DNA of 64,000 bases from Flavobacteriales bacterium (GTDB lineage: Bacteria > Bacteroidota > Bacteroidia > Flavobacteriales > UBA7312). The notes under the pieces are model-generated. The model saw nothing but the letters and a program-made list of their open reading frames with translations, was not told where the DNA came from and searched no databases. Every line of letters begins with the position of its first letter. Within the stretch, counting starts at the first letter, position 1. The DNA lies in contig CBFIDX010000006.1 in assembly GCA_965661505.1 (NCBI GenBank), positions 4,473 through 68,472 of the forward strand, written 5' to 3'. This document shows positions 1 through 9,772 of the stretch, piece by piece. Made by a program: the position numbers and the translations under genes.

Positions 1-1305
1 GGTAATGAAATGTATTTTACTCGTTGTGAGGAAAGTTCGAAGGAAAAGCCCATACCTACTTGTGAAATATACTTTAGTAAGAAAAAAGGCAAGGGCTGGA
101 TTGCTCCAGTATTGCTTCCACTTCCTTACGATAGCGTTACCACCTTTGGTCACCCCAGTATAAGTCAAGACGGCAAATTCCTATACTTTGCCTCTAACAT
201 GAAGGGAGGTCAAGGAGGAAAAGACATCTGGATGATAAAAAAGGTTAAACGCGATGAGTGGAGTGAACCCATCAACTTAGGAAATCAAATTAACACCAGT
301 GGTGATGAGTTGTTTCCTTTTATCCATTCAGATGGAGCTTTGTATTTTGCATCTACTGGCCACGTTGGTATGGGTGGGATGGATATTTTTAAAGCTGAAT
401 TTGATATTGAAGGAACTCTTTTTTCAATTACCAATATGAAGAGTCCTATCAATTCTCCACAAGATGATTTTGGTATTATATTCGAAGAAAAAGACGAAAG
501 AGGATACTTTGCATCCAACCGTTCTGATGGAAAGGGTGGAGATGATATTTATCAATTTAACTTACCCTCACTAATACTTACTATTTCTGGTGTAGCAACA
601 GATGCTAATACCAACTCCATTATTAGCGGTGCAGAGGTTGCGTTATTAGGTACTGATGGGACAACAGCTACTGTTTTAACCGATAACAGCGGAAGGTATG
701 AGTTTGGAAAAGAGGTTGTCGCCGAGGGGGTATCTTACGAGTTAACGATTTCTAAAGAAGGATACCTAAGTGCTACGGCAAACGAAACCACATTTGGAGT
801 ACGAGAGTCAAAAGACTTCACACTTGATATATCTCTAGATCCGGTTCGTAAAGAAATTATTTTACCAAGAATAGAGTATGATTTTAATAGTGCTCAACTT
901 CGCCAAGAATCTAAAATTGCTCTTGATGCATTGATTACTGTTTTGATAGATAACCCAACGGTTATTATAGAGTTAAGATCGCATACGGATTTTAGAGCAG
1001 GACCTGAATTTAACCTTGAGCTTTCTCAAAGAAGAGCTCAGATATGTGTAGATTATATGTTGTCTAAGGGAATAGAGCCCGTACGGATCATTCCAATTGG
1101 AATGGGTGAAAAAGAACCTTATATCATGGATATAAAAGATGGGAGACTGAAAATGGCAGCGCTGCTAGACGAAGCATATATATCCAATCTTAAGAGAGAG
1201 AAAGATCAAGAAAAAGCACATCAATACAATAGAAGAACAGACTTTAAGGTGCTTGATAAATTCTATAATCCTGACACAGGTGAGATTTTAGAAATAGATA
1301 ATTAG
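1..1305 (+). CDS. OmpA-family outer membrane protein, 5' end truncated by the window edge
   Basis: Frame 1 is open from nt 1, with no stop before the listed ATG at 10. The protein has PD40/TolB-like propeller repeats (GKDIWM, GGMDIF, GGDDIY) and a CarboxypepD_reg-like segment. It ends in an OmpA domain (NSAQL...LRSHTD...LSQRRA...NRRTDFKV). Confidence 0.85.
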   Translation, partial: GNEMYFTRCEESSKEKPIPTCEIYFSKKKGKGWIAPVLLPLPYDSVTTFGHPSISQDGKFLYFASNMKGGQGGKDIWMIKKVKRDEWSEPINLGNQINTSGDELFPFIHSDGALYFASTGHVGMGGMDIFKAEFDIEGTLFSITNMKSPINSPQDDFGIIFEEKDERGYFASNRSDGKGGDDIYQFNLPSLILTISGVATDANTNSIISGAEVALLGTDGTTATVLTDNSGRYEFGKEVVAEGVSYELTISKEGYLSATANETTFGVRESKDFTLDISLDPVRKEIILPRIEYDFNSAQLRQESKIALDALITVLIDNPTVIIELRSHTDFRAGPEFNLELSQRRAQICVDYMLSKGIEPVRIIPIGMGEKEPYIMDIKDGRLKMAALLDEAYISNLKREKDQEKAHQYNRRTDFKVLDKFYNPDTGEILEIDN

Positions 1306-1325
1306 CATACAAGGTGATAACATAA

Positions 1326-1357
1326 AAGCGTCCCGAATCTTAACGGGATGCTTTTTT
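1326..1357 (+). terminator. Rho-independent terminator after the OmpA-family gene
   Basis: Hairpin aaagcgtcccg / cgggatgcttt with an 8-nt loop, followed by a T run. It lies 20 nt after the stop codon. Confidence 0.6.
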
Positions 1358-1380
1358 ATTTGATAACAACTAATAAGTAG

Positions 1381-2547
1381 ATGAGCGGAAATAGATACAA
1401 CCAAAGAGGCGTCTCGGCTGATAAGGAAGATGTGCATGCAGCGATTAAAAATGTAGATAAAGGACTATTTCCAAAAGCATTTTGTAAAATCGTTCCTGAT
1501 TATCTGACCGGCGATGATGACTACTGCATCGTGATGCATGCGGATGGTGCCGGCACAAAATCATCTTTAGCTTATATGTACTGGAAGGAAACAGGCGATT
1601 TATCTGTTTGGAAAGGAATAGCCCAAGACGCATTGGTTATGAATATTGACGATTTATTATGCGTAGGGGCTACGGATAATATTTTATTATCTTCTACAAT
1701 CGGTCGTAATAAAAACCTTATTCCAGGAGCGGTTATTTCAACGATTATTAACGGTACAGAAGAATTATTAGAAGACCTTCGAAGTCATGGAATTGACATT
1801 CGATCTACAGGTGGAGAAACCGCCGATGTGGGAGACCTGGTACGTACCATAATTGTTGACTCTACAGTAGTAGCGCGCATGAAGCGTAGAGAAGTGATTA
1901 CCAATGCCCATATTCAAGGGGGAGATGTAATTGTAGGATTAGCATCTTTCGGGCAATCTACTTATGAAGAAACCTACAATGGTGGTATGGGTAGCAATGG
2001 TCTTACCTCTGCTCGTCACGATGTCTTTCATAAAACATTAGCTCAAAAATACACTGAGAGTTTTGACCCCTCTGTTCCTTCAGACTTAGTGTATGCTGGA
2101 ACGAAAAGCCTTACGGATGCTGTAGATGGCGTTCCAATAGATGCAGGTAAATTGGTTTTATCACCTACTAGAACTTACGCACCCATAATCAAAAAGATTT
2201 TAGCGCACCATAGATCCCATATACACGGAATGGTACACTGTTCAGGAGGAGCCCAAACCAAAGTGCTACATTTTGTAGAAGATGTACATGTAATAAAAGA
2301 TAATCTTTTTCCTGTACCTCCGCTTTTTCAATTGATTCAGAAGCAATCTCAAACCGATTGGAAGGAAATGTATAAAGTATTTAATATGGGGCACCGTATG
2401 GAAATTTACCTACCACAAGCATATGCTAATGATATCATTACCATTTCAGAAAGTATGGGTGTAGCTGCCCGCATTGTTGGAAGGGTCGAGGCGCATAATG
2501 GAAAAAAATTAACTATTAAGTCCGAAAACGGAACTTTTACCTACTAA
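1381..2547 (+). CDS. AIR synthase-related protein (PurM-like)
   Basis: 388 aa. It has the PurM-superfamily N-terminal motif HADGAGTKS and a C-terminal PurM-like domain. The length is typical of the Bacteroidota PurM-like form. Confidence 0.7.
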   Translation: MSGNRYNQRGVSADKEDVHAAIKNVDKGLFPKAFCKIVPDYLTGDDDYCIVMHADGAGTKSSLAYMYWKETGDLSVWKGIAQDALVMNIDDLLCVGATDNILLSSTIGRNKNLIPGAVISTIINGTEELLEDLRSHGIDIRSTGGETADVGDLVRTIIVDSTVVARMKRREVITNAHIQGGDVIVGLASFGQSTYEETYNGGMGSNGLTSARHDVFHKTLAQKYTESFDPSVPSDLVYAGTKSLTDAVDGVPIDAGKLVLSPTRTYAPIIKKILAHHRSHIHGMVHCSGGAQTKVLHFVEDVHVIKDNLFPVPPLFQLIQKQSQTDWKEMYKVFNMGHRMEIYLPQAYANDIITISESMGVAARIVGRVEAHNGKKLTIKSENGTFTY

Positions 2548-2548
2548 T

Positions 2549-3619
2549 ATGCTTGATAAACTAGATGCAATAAAAGAACGATTTGATGAGGTTGCAAAAC
2601 TTATAGTAGATCCGAATATTATCTCGGACATGAAGCAGTACATTCAGCTCAACAAAGAGTACAAAGATTTAGAACCGATTATTGCAGCACATAAAGCGTA
2701 TAAAAACCTTCTTTCCAACATAGAAAATGCTAAGGAGATGTTGAAGGATGAAGAGATGAAAGAGATGGCTAAGTTGGAGCTTGATGAATTGGTGCCTCTG
2801 CAAGAGGTAATGGAAGAAGACATCAAGGTGTTGTTGATTCCTAAAGATCCTGCAGATGCTAAAAACGCAGTGGTAGAAATTCGTGCAGGAGCCGGCGGTG
2901 ATGAAGCCAGTATTTTTGCTGGAGATTTGTATCGTATGTACCTTAATTACGCAAGCAGTAAAGGCTGGAAGACAGAGTTAGTTGACACTGCCGAAGGTAC
3001 TTCAGGCGGTTACAAAGAAATTATCTTCAATGTAAAAGGAGAAGATGTCTATGGTATGCTCAAATTTGAATCGGGTGTACATCGCGTACAGAGGGTGCCT
3101 CAAACGGAAACTCAAGGAAGGGTGCATACCTCAGCTGCTTCTGTTGTAGTCATGCCTGAGGCTGAAGAGTTTGATGTAGAGATTAAAGACGCTGATATTA
3201 GAAAAGACACTTATTGCTCTTCTGGTCCTGGAGGACAATCAGTAAATACGACCTATTCTGCTGTTCGTTTAACGCACATCCCAACGGGAATTGTAGCGCA
3301 ATGTCAAGATCAAAAGTCGCAGCACAAAAATTACGACAAAGCGCTCAAAGTATTGCGATCTCGAATTTATGAAGTAGAGTTGCAAAAGCGTTTGGAAGAA
3401 TTGGCCGGTAAACGAAAAACCATGGTGGCTACAGGAGACCGTTCGGCAAAAATTAGAACCTACAATTACCCCCAAGGTAGAGTAACCGATCACCGTATTG
3501 GATTAACCGAATACAACCTTCAAAATGTGATTAATGGCGATATTGAAAAATTTATTGAAGAATTGCAGCTAGCCGAAAATGCCGAAAAACTAAAAGAAGG
3601 AACAACTAGCGAAAGTTAA
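2549..3619 (+). CDS. prfA: Peptide chain release factor 1
   Basis: 356 aa with the GGQ motif ([11 protein letters not shown]). The RF1-type tripeptide region [17 protein letters not shown] is present. Confidence 0.95.
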   Translation: MLDKLDAIKERFDEVAKLIVDPNIISDMKQYIQLNKEYKDLEPIIAAHKAYKNLLSNIENAKEMLKDEEMKEMAKLELDELVPLQEVMEEDIKVLLIPKDPADAKNAVVEIRAGAGGDEASIFAGDLYRMYLNYASSKGWKTELVDTAEGTSGGYKEIIFNVKGEDVYGMLKFESGVHRVQRVPQTETQGRVHTSAASVVVMPEAEEFDVEIKDADIRKDTYCSSGPGGQSVNTTYSAVRLTHIPTGIVAQCQDQKSQHKNYDKALKVLRSRIYEVELQKRLEELAGKRKTMVATGDRSAKIRTYNYPQGRVTDHRIGLTEYNLQNVINGDIEKFIEELQLAENAEKLKEGTTSES

Positions 3620-3620
3620 G

Positions 3621-4433
3621 ATGACAGCCCAAGAACTTTTTCAGCAAATACAACAGAAGCGTTCCTTTTTATGTGTAGGATTGGATTCCGATATTAATAA
3701 AATACCGCCACACCTTTTAACTGCCGAGGACCCTATTTTTGAGTTTAACAAACAGATCATTGATGCAACAAAGGATTTATGCGTGGCTTACAAGCCCAAC
3801 ATTGCTTTTTACGAAAGCATGGGGGTAAAGGGATGGGAGAGCCTACACAAAACACTCGATTATATCCCACAAGAGATCTTTACCATTGCCGATGCTAAAA
3901 GGGGCGATATAGGCAATACCTCTAGTATGTATGCCAAGGCTTTTTTCGAAAGCATGAATTTTGATTCGGTAACGGTAGCCCCTTATATGGGTGCTGATTC
4001 GGTACAACCTTTTTTAGAGTTTAAAGGCAAATGGGCCATTGTTTTGGCTTTAACCTCTAATGCTGGCGGGCTCGATTTTCAGCTCACTCAAGACAAACAA
4101 GAGGAAAAACTCTATCAGAAAGTTTTAAGAACTGCTCAACAATGGGGAGAAAACATCATGTTTGTAGTCGGTGCTACCCGAGCCGAAATGCTACAGGAAA
4201 TCCGTTCTATAGTGCCGAATAATTTCTTGTTGGTGCCAGGGGTTGGAGCGCAAGGCGGTAGCTTAGCCGAAGTAGCCCAAAATGGTTTAAACCAACAATG
4301 CGGTTTGTTAGTTAATTCATCCAGAGGAATCATTTATGCCAGCAAGGATGAAAACTTTGCACAAGCAGCTAGAAAAAAGGCCCTTGAGCTTCAACAGCAA
4401 ATGGAACAACAATTGATTAAAAAAGGGCTCTAA
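3621..4433 (+). CDS. pyrF: Orotidine 5'-phosphate decarboxylase (long/type 2 form)
   Basis: 270 aa with motifs [16 protein letters not shown] and [11 protein letters not shown]. Confidence 0.9.
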   Translation: MTAQELFQQIQQKRSFLCVGLDSDINKIPPHLLTAEDPIFEFNKQIIDATKDLCVAYKPNIAFYESMGVKGWESLHKTLDYIPQEIFTIADAKRGDIGNTSSMYAKAFFESMNFDSVTVAPYMGADSVQPFLEFKGKWAIVLALTSNAGGLDFQLTQDKQEEKLYQKVLRTAQQWGENIMFVVGATRAEMLQEIRSIVPNNFLLVPGVGAQGGSLAEVAQNGLNQQCGLLVNSSRGIIYASKDENFAQAARKKALELQQQMEQQLIKKGL

Positions 4434-4538
4434 ATTTTTATACTGAGAGCCCGTCTATAATTAAGCTAAAAAAAATGTTATTTTTAGCAACAAATCATGA
4501 AATCTTTTCGTTTAAAGGACTCATGTAATCCTCCAACA

Positions 4539-6914
4539 ATGAAAAAATATTTTCTTTTATCCTTAGCCTTCGTTGTGCTTAGTTTACAAGCACAAAGCCA
4601 AAAACACACCATTAGTGGTTTTGTACAAGATGCAGCCAGCGGAGAGCAGCTTTTGGGTGTTAATGTGATATGGAAAGATAAGATGCAAGGCACTACTACT
4701 AATACCTACGGATTTTATAGTATGACACTACCTGAAGGTGAGGCCGAAATCGTTTTTTCATACATTGGTTTTGATAAGGTGGTTAAAAAAATCAACTTGC
4801 AAGAAGATGTGCAAATAGACATTGAACTTTCCATGAGCTCGGCAGAAATTGCCGAAGTAACCGTCGTTGGTGAGGAAACCGTCGTTGACCGTACTCAAAC
4901 ATCGGTGGTGGAAGTGCCTGTACAACAAATTAAAAATATTCCGGCACTTTTAGGAGAAGTAGATGTGTTAAAGGCCATCCAGTTGTTACCGGGCGTTCAG
5001 TCGGGAGGAGAGGGTAGTAGTGGTTTTTATGTGCGTGGCGGAGGACCCGATCAAAACCTTATTTTACTAGACGGCGTACCTGTTTATAACGCTTCGCATT
5101 TATTTGGTTTTTTCTCGGTTTTTAATGCCGATGCTATCAAAAATGTTCGATTAACAAAAGGAGGTTTTCCAGCCCGCTATGGAGGTCGTCTTTCTTCAGT
5201 TTTAGAAATTGATATGAAGGAAGGAAACATGAAAAAAATAGAAGGAGAGGGTAGTGTAGGAATCGTGGCCTCTAAGCTGACTTTACAAGGCCCTATCATA
5301 AAAGATAAGACTGCTTTTATTATTTCAGGAAGGCGCACCTATATTGACCTTTTGGCACAGCCCTTTATAAAAAGTGCAACCGACGGAAACTCAACCGGAG
5401 GCTATTTCTTTTATGATTTAAATGCTAAGCTCAACCACAAGTTTTCAGAAAAGGATCGATTATACCTCAGTGCCTATAGTGGAATAGATCGTTTTTACGT
5501 TAGAGATAAGGAAACAAATGAGGGCTATACTAGCGAATCGGATATGGGCTTAAATTGGGGAAATATTACTTCTGCATTGCGATGGAACCATCTTTTTAGC
5601 AATAAATTATTTAGCAATACTACCCTAACTTATAGCCGTTACCTTTTTGATACTGCTTTTGAGTTTAAAGATGAGCTTCCCGATGGAAAAGATGAGATAC
5701 GTTTTCGGTATTTTTCAGGAATAGAAGATTATGGTGCTAAAATAGATTTTGACTACCTACCCAATCCAAATCATTATGTTCGGTTTGGTCTGAACCACAC
5801 CTATCATACTTTTTCGCCTGGCAGTATGGATATTTACATTTACGAAATAGATTCTGTATTAACCGATTCATCATTCAACTTTTCAGAAAAGCTATATGCC
5901 CATGAATCTTTTTTATACATAGAAGATGAAATAAAAGTGAATGATCGCTTAAAGATAAACCTAGGCTTACACGCAGGTGGGTTTTACGTGAAAGAAAAGT
6001 TTTATCAATCTTTGCAACCCCGTTTTTCTTCGCGTTACCTCATTAATAAAGACTGGTCTTTAAAAGTATCTTATGCCGATATGAAGCAAAACATACATTT
6101 GTTAAGTAATACCAGCGCAGGTATGCCTACCGATATTTGGGTTCCTAGCACCGATTCCGTTCCTTCACAACATTCTCGTCAAATTGCAGCTACCCTAAAT
6201 CATAATTTTAAAAAGGGTGCCTACGAAATTAGTTTAGAAGGCTATTACAAAACCATGGATAAGCTAATTACCCTCAAGGAAGGATCTCAAATTATTGGTT
6301 TTGAAGATTGGCAAACTAAGGTGGAAACGGAAGGAGAGGGGAAGTCATATGGGGTGGAGTTGTTTTTGCAAAAGAAAAGAGGTAAAACAACTGGGTGGAT
6401 TGGATACACTTGGTCGTGGAGTTGGCGTAAATTTCAAAATGTTAATTTAGGAGAGTGGTACCCTTATAAATACGATAGAAGACATGATTTTTCGTTGGTT
6501 TTATCACATAAGTTCAATGAAAAAGTGGATATCGGTTTAACGTGGGTTTACGGCACAGGATCTAACATAACCATGATGGATGCCCGCTATCCGGAAATTG
6601 ATTTTAACGGTAACATAGGTGTTTCAGCTGATAAATTTAATGAAATACAATATTACAGCAATCGAAATAATTATCGCATGGCATCCTATCATCGCTTAGA
6701 TATTGGAGCTAATTTTCATAAAAAGAAAAGATGGGGAGAGCGTACTTGGAGCATTGGTGCTTACAATGCATATAATAGAAAAAACCCTTACTACATCTAT
6801 TTCGAAGATCAAAATACCTACAATAGCGATGGAACCTATACTTCCGAAAGCGTGGCTAAACAGGTTAGCTTATTTCCTGTTATCCCATCGATATCCTATC
6901 ATTTTAAATTCTAA
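4539..6914 (+). CDS. TonB-dependent receptor with N-terminal CarboxypepD_reg-like domain
   Basis: Signal peptide MKKYFLLSLAFVVLSLQAQ begins at the internal ATG at 4539; the ORF track begins at 4497. A plug region (LPGVQSGGEGSSGFYVRGG) is followed by a long beta-barrel ending in an aromatic residue (SYHFKF). Confidence 0.9.
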   Translation: MKKYFLLSLAFVVLSLQAQSQKHTISGFVQDAASGEQLLGVNVIWKDKMQGTTTNTYGFYSMTLPEGEAEIVFSYIGFDKVVKKINLQEDVQIDIELSMSSAEIAEVTVVGEETVVDRTQTSVVEVPVQQIKNIPALLGEVDVLKAIQLLPGVQSGGEGSSGFYVRGGGPDQNLILLDGVPVYNASHLFGFFSVFNADAIKNVRLTKGGFPARYGGRLSSVLEIDMKEGNMKKIEGEGSVGIVASKLTLQGPIIKDKTAFIISGRRTYIDLLAQPFIKSATDGNSTGGYFFYDLNAKLNHKFSEKDRLYLSAYSGIDRFYVRDKETNEGYTSESDMGLNWGNITSALRWNHLFSNKLFSNTTLTYSRYLFDTAFEFKDELPDGKDEIRFRYFSGIEDYGAKIDFDYLPNPNHYVRFGLNHTYHTFSPGSMDIYIYEIDSVLTDSSFNFSEKLYAHESFLYIEDEIKVNDRLKINLGLHAGGFYVKEKFYQSLQPRFSSRYLINKDWSLKVSYADMKQNIHLLSNTSAGMPTDIWVPSTDSVPSQHSRQIAATLNHNFKKGAYEISLEGYYKTMDKLITLKEGSQIIGFEDWQTKVETEGEGKSYGVELFLQKKRGKTTGWIGYTWSWSWRKFQNVNLGEWYPYKYDRRHDFSLVLSHKFNEKVDIGLTWVYGTGSNITMMDARYPEIDFNGNIGVSADKFNEIQYYSNRNNYRMASYHRLDIGANFHKKKRWGERTWSIGAYNAYNRKNPYYIYFEDQNTYNSDGTYTSESVAKQVSLFPVIPSISYHFKF

Positions 6915-6920
6915 GTAATC

Positions 6921-7871
6921 ATGAAAAAAACACATTATATTATTGTTTTAGCGTTTATTTTAAATAGTTGTGACAACATGTCGTTAACTGTCGATTTGGA
7001 TTTACCTCCCCACGATTCTCAATTAGTTGTTAATGCTGTTTTACAAGCCGGTGATGATCTGTCCAAAGTATATGTCAGCCATTCCTTAGACCCTGTTTCA
7101 TTAAATCAATATACCCAAATTGATGATGCATCGGTTGTTTTAAAAGAAAACAATACCATCATAGATGATCTAACATATCAGCAAGATCCTAGTTCAGGCG
7201 CAGAGAATACTTTTTGCTATGTGACGGAGGTGTTGCTAGAAGAAAACAAAAGCTACCAAATAGAAGTTAGCCATGCTAGCTATCCAACAGCTACAGCTCA
7301 AGAAAAAATCCCTACTCCAGTTAATATTCAGTCTGTAGAATTAGGAGCATTATCTTCTTATCAGCAAGCTTGTAATTTTACGATTAACGACCCCGCCGGA
7401 ATCGATAATTATTACTTGCTTAGGCTAAAATTTAAAGAGAAAGAAATGATTTGGGGAGAAGATCCTGCCAAGTGGTATGGGTTGAACTATGAAAGCAACG
7501 AGCCCTCTTTTGAGGGAAATAATCCTTTTGATGAAGAAACTCAAGGAAGAAAAGTATTGTTTAACGACCAGCTTTTTGATGGCACCAATAAAACCTTCTC
7601 ACTAAATATAGTATATGATTTTTTCAATGATTTTGAATTTGAGGAAGAAATTTTTTATGTGGAATATGAAGAAATAGATTCAATAAAAGTTGTTTTATAT
7701 TCTGTTTCTGAAGCGTATTACAATTACCATCAAAGCAGAAGATTGCAGAATCAAAGTGATGGATCAGCAATTTTAGGAGCTGAGCCCGTGGTGGTTTATA
7801 ACAATATTCAAAACGGTTTTGGCATTTTTGCTAGCAAAAGTAAAGATGAGTTTAGCGTAGAAACCGAATAG
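6921..7871 (+). CDS. DUF4249-like lipoprotein, partner of the upstream TonB-dependent receptor
   Basis: Lipoprotein signal MKKTHYIIVLAFILNSC. It starts 6 nt after the receptor stop. Size and position match the DUF4249 companions of this receptor subclass (recalled, not searched). Confidence 0.65.
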   Translation: MKKTHYIIVLAFILNSCDNMSLTVDLDLPPHDSQLVVNAVLQAGDDLSKVYVSHSLDPVSLNQYTQIDDASVVLKENNTIIDDLTYQQDPSSGAENTFCYVTEVLLEENKSYQIEVSHASYPTATAQEKIPTPVNIQSVELGALSSYQQACNFTINDPAGIDNYYLLRLKFKEKEMIWGEDPAKWYGLNYESNEPSFEGNNPFDEETQGRKVLFNDQLFDGTNKTFSLNIVYDFFNDFEFEEEIFYVEYEEIDSIKVVLYSVSEAYYNYHQSRRLQNQSDGSAILGAEPVVVYNNIQNGFGIFASKSKDEFSVETE

Positions 7872-7892
7872 TTTTTATATTTTAGAGGGGTC

Positions 7893-9164
7893 ATGAACGA
7901 GGCTCTTCTTCATTATATTTGGCAACATCGACGCTATGCTCCCTTGCATTTACAAACCCAATGCGGACAAAAACTTCAAGTTTTAAAAACAGGACAGCTT
8001 AACCGAAATGCTGGTCCAGATTTCGAAAATGCGCACATCAAACTAAACGCTATCGAATGGGTAGGCCATGTAGAAATCCATCAAAAATCATCTGATTGGC
8101 ATCAACATCAGCATCAAAAAAATCCAGCATACAATAACGTTATCCTTCATGTAGTATGGCACGACGATATGAAAATACGTACTAACTCAGGAGAGCTGGT
8201 GCCAACATTGGTTTTAAAGAACATTGTTGAAGAAGAACTATTAGGCCGATACCATTTTTTGATGAAAAATAAAGCGTGGATCCCTTGTGAAAAAAGTATT
8301 GGAAAAGTGCCTGTAATCTACCTCAATCATTTTTTAGAACGCCTGCTTATTGAACGCTTACAACAGAAAACACATAAAATAGAAAAGGTGCTAGATCAAA
8401 AAAAGAATGATTGGGAAGAAGCTTTTTATCAGTTTTTATGTAGAAGTTTAGGACTTAAAATTAATGCTGAGGCTATGTTTCGTTTAGCTCAGCTTTTGCC
8501 ACAAAAGGTACTTGCAAAGCACAGTAACAATTTCATTCAGTTAGAAGCTTTATTGTTTGGTGTCGCTGGGTTTTTAACAAAACCTCAGGACGATTACAGT
8601 CGTATGTTAATGAAAGAATACCTTTTTTTGAAACATAAATACAGGCTACAAGAAATGAATGTAGTGGAGTGGAAATTTTTGCGATTAAGGCCGGCCTCTT
8701 TCCCAACCCTCCGTTTGGCACAATTAGCCGCTTTACTACATCAGCACAATCGATTATTTTCTAAATTACTACACGCCACTTCTATAAAAGAAATAGAGAC
8801 CTTGTTTAGCGTACATACCTCCGACTATTGGAAAACACATTATCGTTTTGGGATAGAAAGTAAGAGCCGTTTAAAAACAATTGGAAATCAACGAATCAAA
8901 AGTATAATTATCAATACGTTAGCACCTTTTTATGTGCTGTATTCAAAAAACAAACAATTGCCTCGATTTCAATATAAATCACTCGCTGTTCTAGCCGATT
9001 TAGAGGCAGAGAACAACACCATTGTTAGAAGGTTTGAAGAACGTGGTGTCACTGTTACAAGTTCGGCACAAAGCCAAGCACTCTTACAGTTAAAAGAAAA
9101 GTATTGCGATATTAAAAAATGTTTAAATTGCAGCATTGGTAATCATTGGATAAATAAATGCTGA
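7893..9164 (+). CDS. DUF2851 family protein (function unknown)
   Basis: 423 aa. The N-terminus EALLHYIWQ...GPDF...VEIH..SSDW..H.H and ILHVVW fit my recollection of DUF2851. Confidence 0.7.
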   Translation: MNEALLHYIWQHRRYAPLHLQTQCGQKLQVLKTGQLNRNAGPDFENAHIKLNAIEWVGHVEIHQKSSDWHQHQHQKNPAYNNVILHVVWHDDMKIRTNSGELVPTLVLKNIVEEELLGRYHFLMKNKAWIPCEKSIGKVPVIYLNHFLERLLIERLQQKTHKIEKVLDQKKNDWEEAFYQFLCRSLGLKINAEAMFRLAQLLPQKVLAKHSNNFIQLEALLFGVAGFLTKPQDDYSRMLMKEYLFLKHKYRLQEMNVVEWKFLRLRPASFPTLRLAQLAALLHQHNRLFSKLLHATSIKEIETLFSVHTSDYWKTHYRFGIESKSRLKTIGNQRIKSIIINTLAPFYVLYSKNKQLPRFQYKSLAVLADLEAENNTIVRRFEERGVTVTSSAQSQALLQLKEKYCDIKKCLNCSIGNHWINKC

Positions 9165-9379
9165 GTTCTATCTTTCATTTTTTTCAAAAACAATTTTTTG
9201 GAGTAAGTGCTTGGTGGGGTAGCGTACTAGGAATCAAGCCTTCTTACGTTCGTTTATTCTTTATTTATTTCTCATTTGTTAGTTTTGGAACCCCGCTGGT
9301 TTATTTAATGATGGTTTTTCTTTTAAGAATCAGAAACCACTTTAAATACCGTAAGCGGCCCAGTGTTTTTGATTTATAG
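9158..9379 (+). CDS. PspC-domain small membrane protein
   Basis: 73 aa. The core FFGVSAWWGSVLGIKPSYVRLFFIYFSFVSFGTPLVYLMMVFLL fits the PspC domain pattern. The start overlaps the DUF2851 stop by 7 nt. Confidence 0.6.
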   Translation: MLSSIFHFFQKQFFGVSAWWGSVLGIKPSYVRLFFIYFSFVSFGTPLVYLMMVFLLRIRNHFKYRKRPSVFDL

Positions 9380-9389
9380 TTTTTAGTAG

Positions 9390-9611
9390 ATGTTTGATAT
9401 TCAAATTACACTTACCATTGTTTTATTATTTATTGAGATAGTTGCATTTGCTTGGTTAATAATTGATATGCGTAAGTCTAAACAAAAGCAAAATAAAATC
9501 ATTGAACTTGAGCACCAGATTCTACTACTTGAAGAATCCATTATTGATCAAGAAAAAAATATTATTTCTGAAATAAAAGAGTTAAAAGAAATAGTAAAAA
9601 AGAAAAAATGA
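9390..9611 (+). CDS. Small membrane-anchored coiled-coil protein (hypothetical)
   Basis: 73 aa. One N-terminal TM helix (ITLTIVLLFIEIVAFAWLII) is followed by a heptad-like charged helix. The gene sits between two PspC-domain ORFs. Confidence 0.45.
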   Translation: MFDIQITLTIVLLFIEIVAFAWLIIDMRKSKQKQNKIIELEHQILLLEESIIDQEKNIISEIKELKEIVKKKK

Positions 9612-9772
9612 CAGAAGGAAAGCTATTAGGTGTTTGTGCTTGGCTATCAGATAAGTTTGAATTGGATGTAACCGGACTCAGACTTCTTTTTGTAGCTGCT
9701 GCCATACTTGGCTTTGGCTCACCGATCATTCTGTACCTTATTCTTTATCTTTTAAAACCCAAGGGATATTAA
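9608..9772 (+). CDS. Second PspC-domain small membrane protein (54 aa, absent from the ORF track)
   Basis: Hand translation gives MTEGKLLGVCAWLSDKFELDVTGLRLLFVAAAILGFGSPIILYLILYLLKPKGY*. The ATG overlaps the preceding TGA (ATGA). Its TAA overlaps the next ATG (TAATG). Confidence 0.55.
   Translation: MTEGKLLGVCAWLSDKFELDVTGLRLLFVAAAILGFGSPIILYLILYLLKPKGY

Noticed and set aside
4484-4693. A 69-aa minus-strand ORF, and the 4497 start for the TonB receptor.
   Set aside because: The minus-strand ORF overlaps the receptor's signal-peptide region and has no features. The receptor's signal peptide begins at the internal Met (4539), so the 14 extra residues are probably untranslated.
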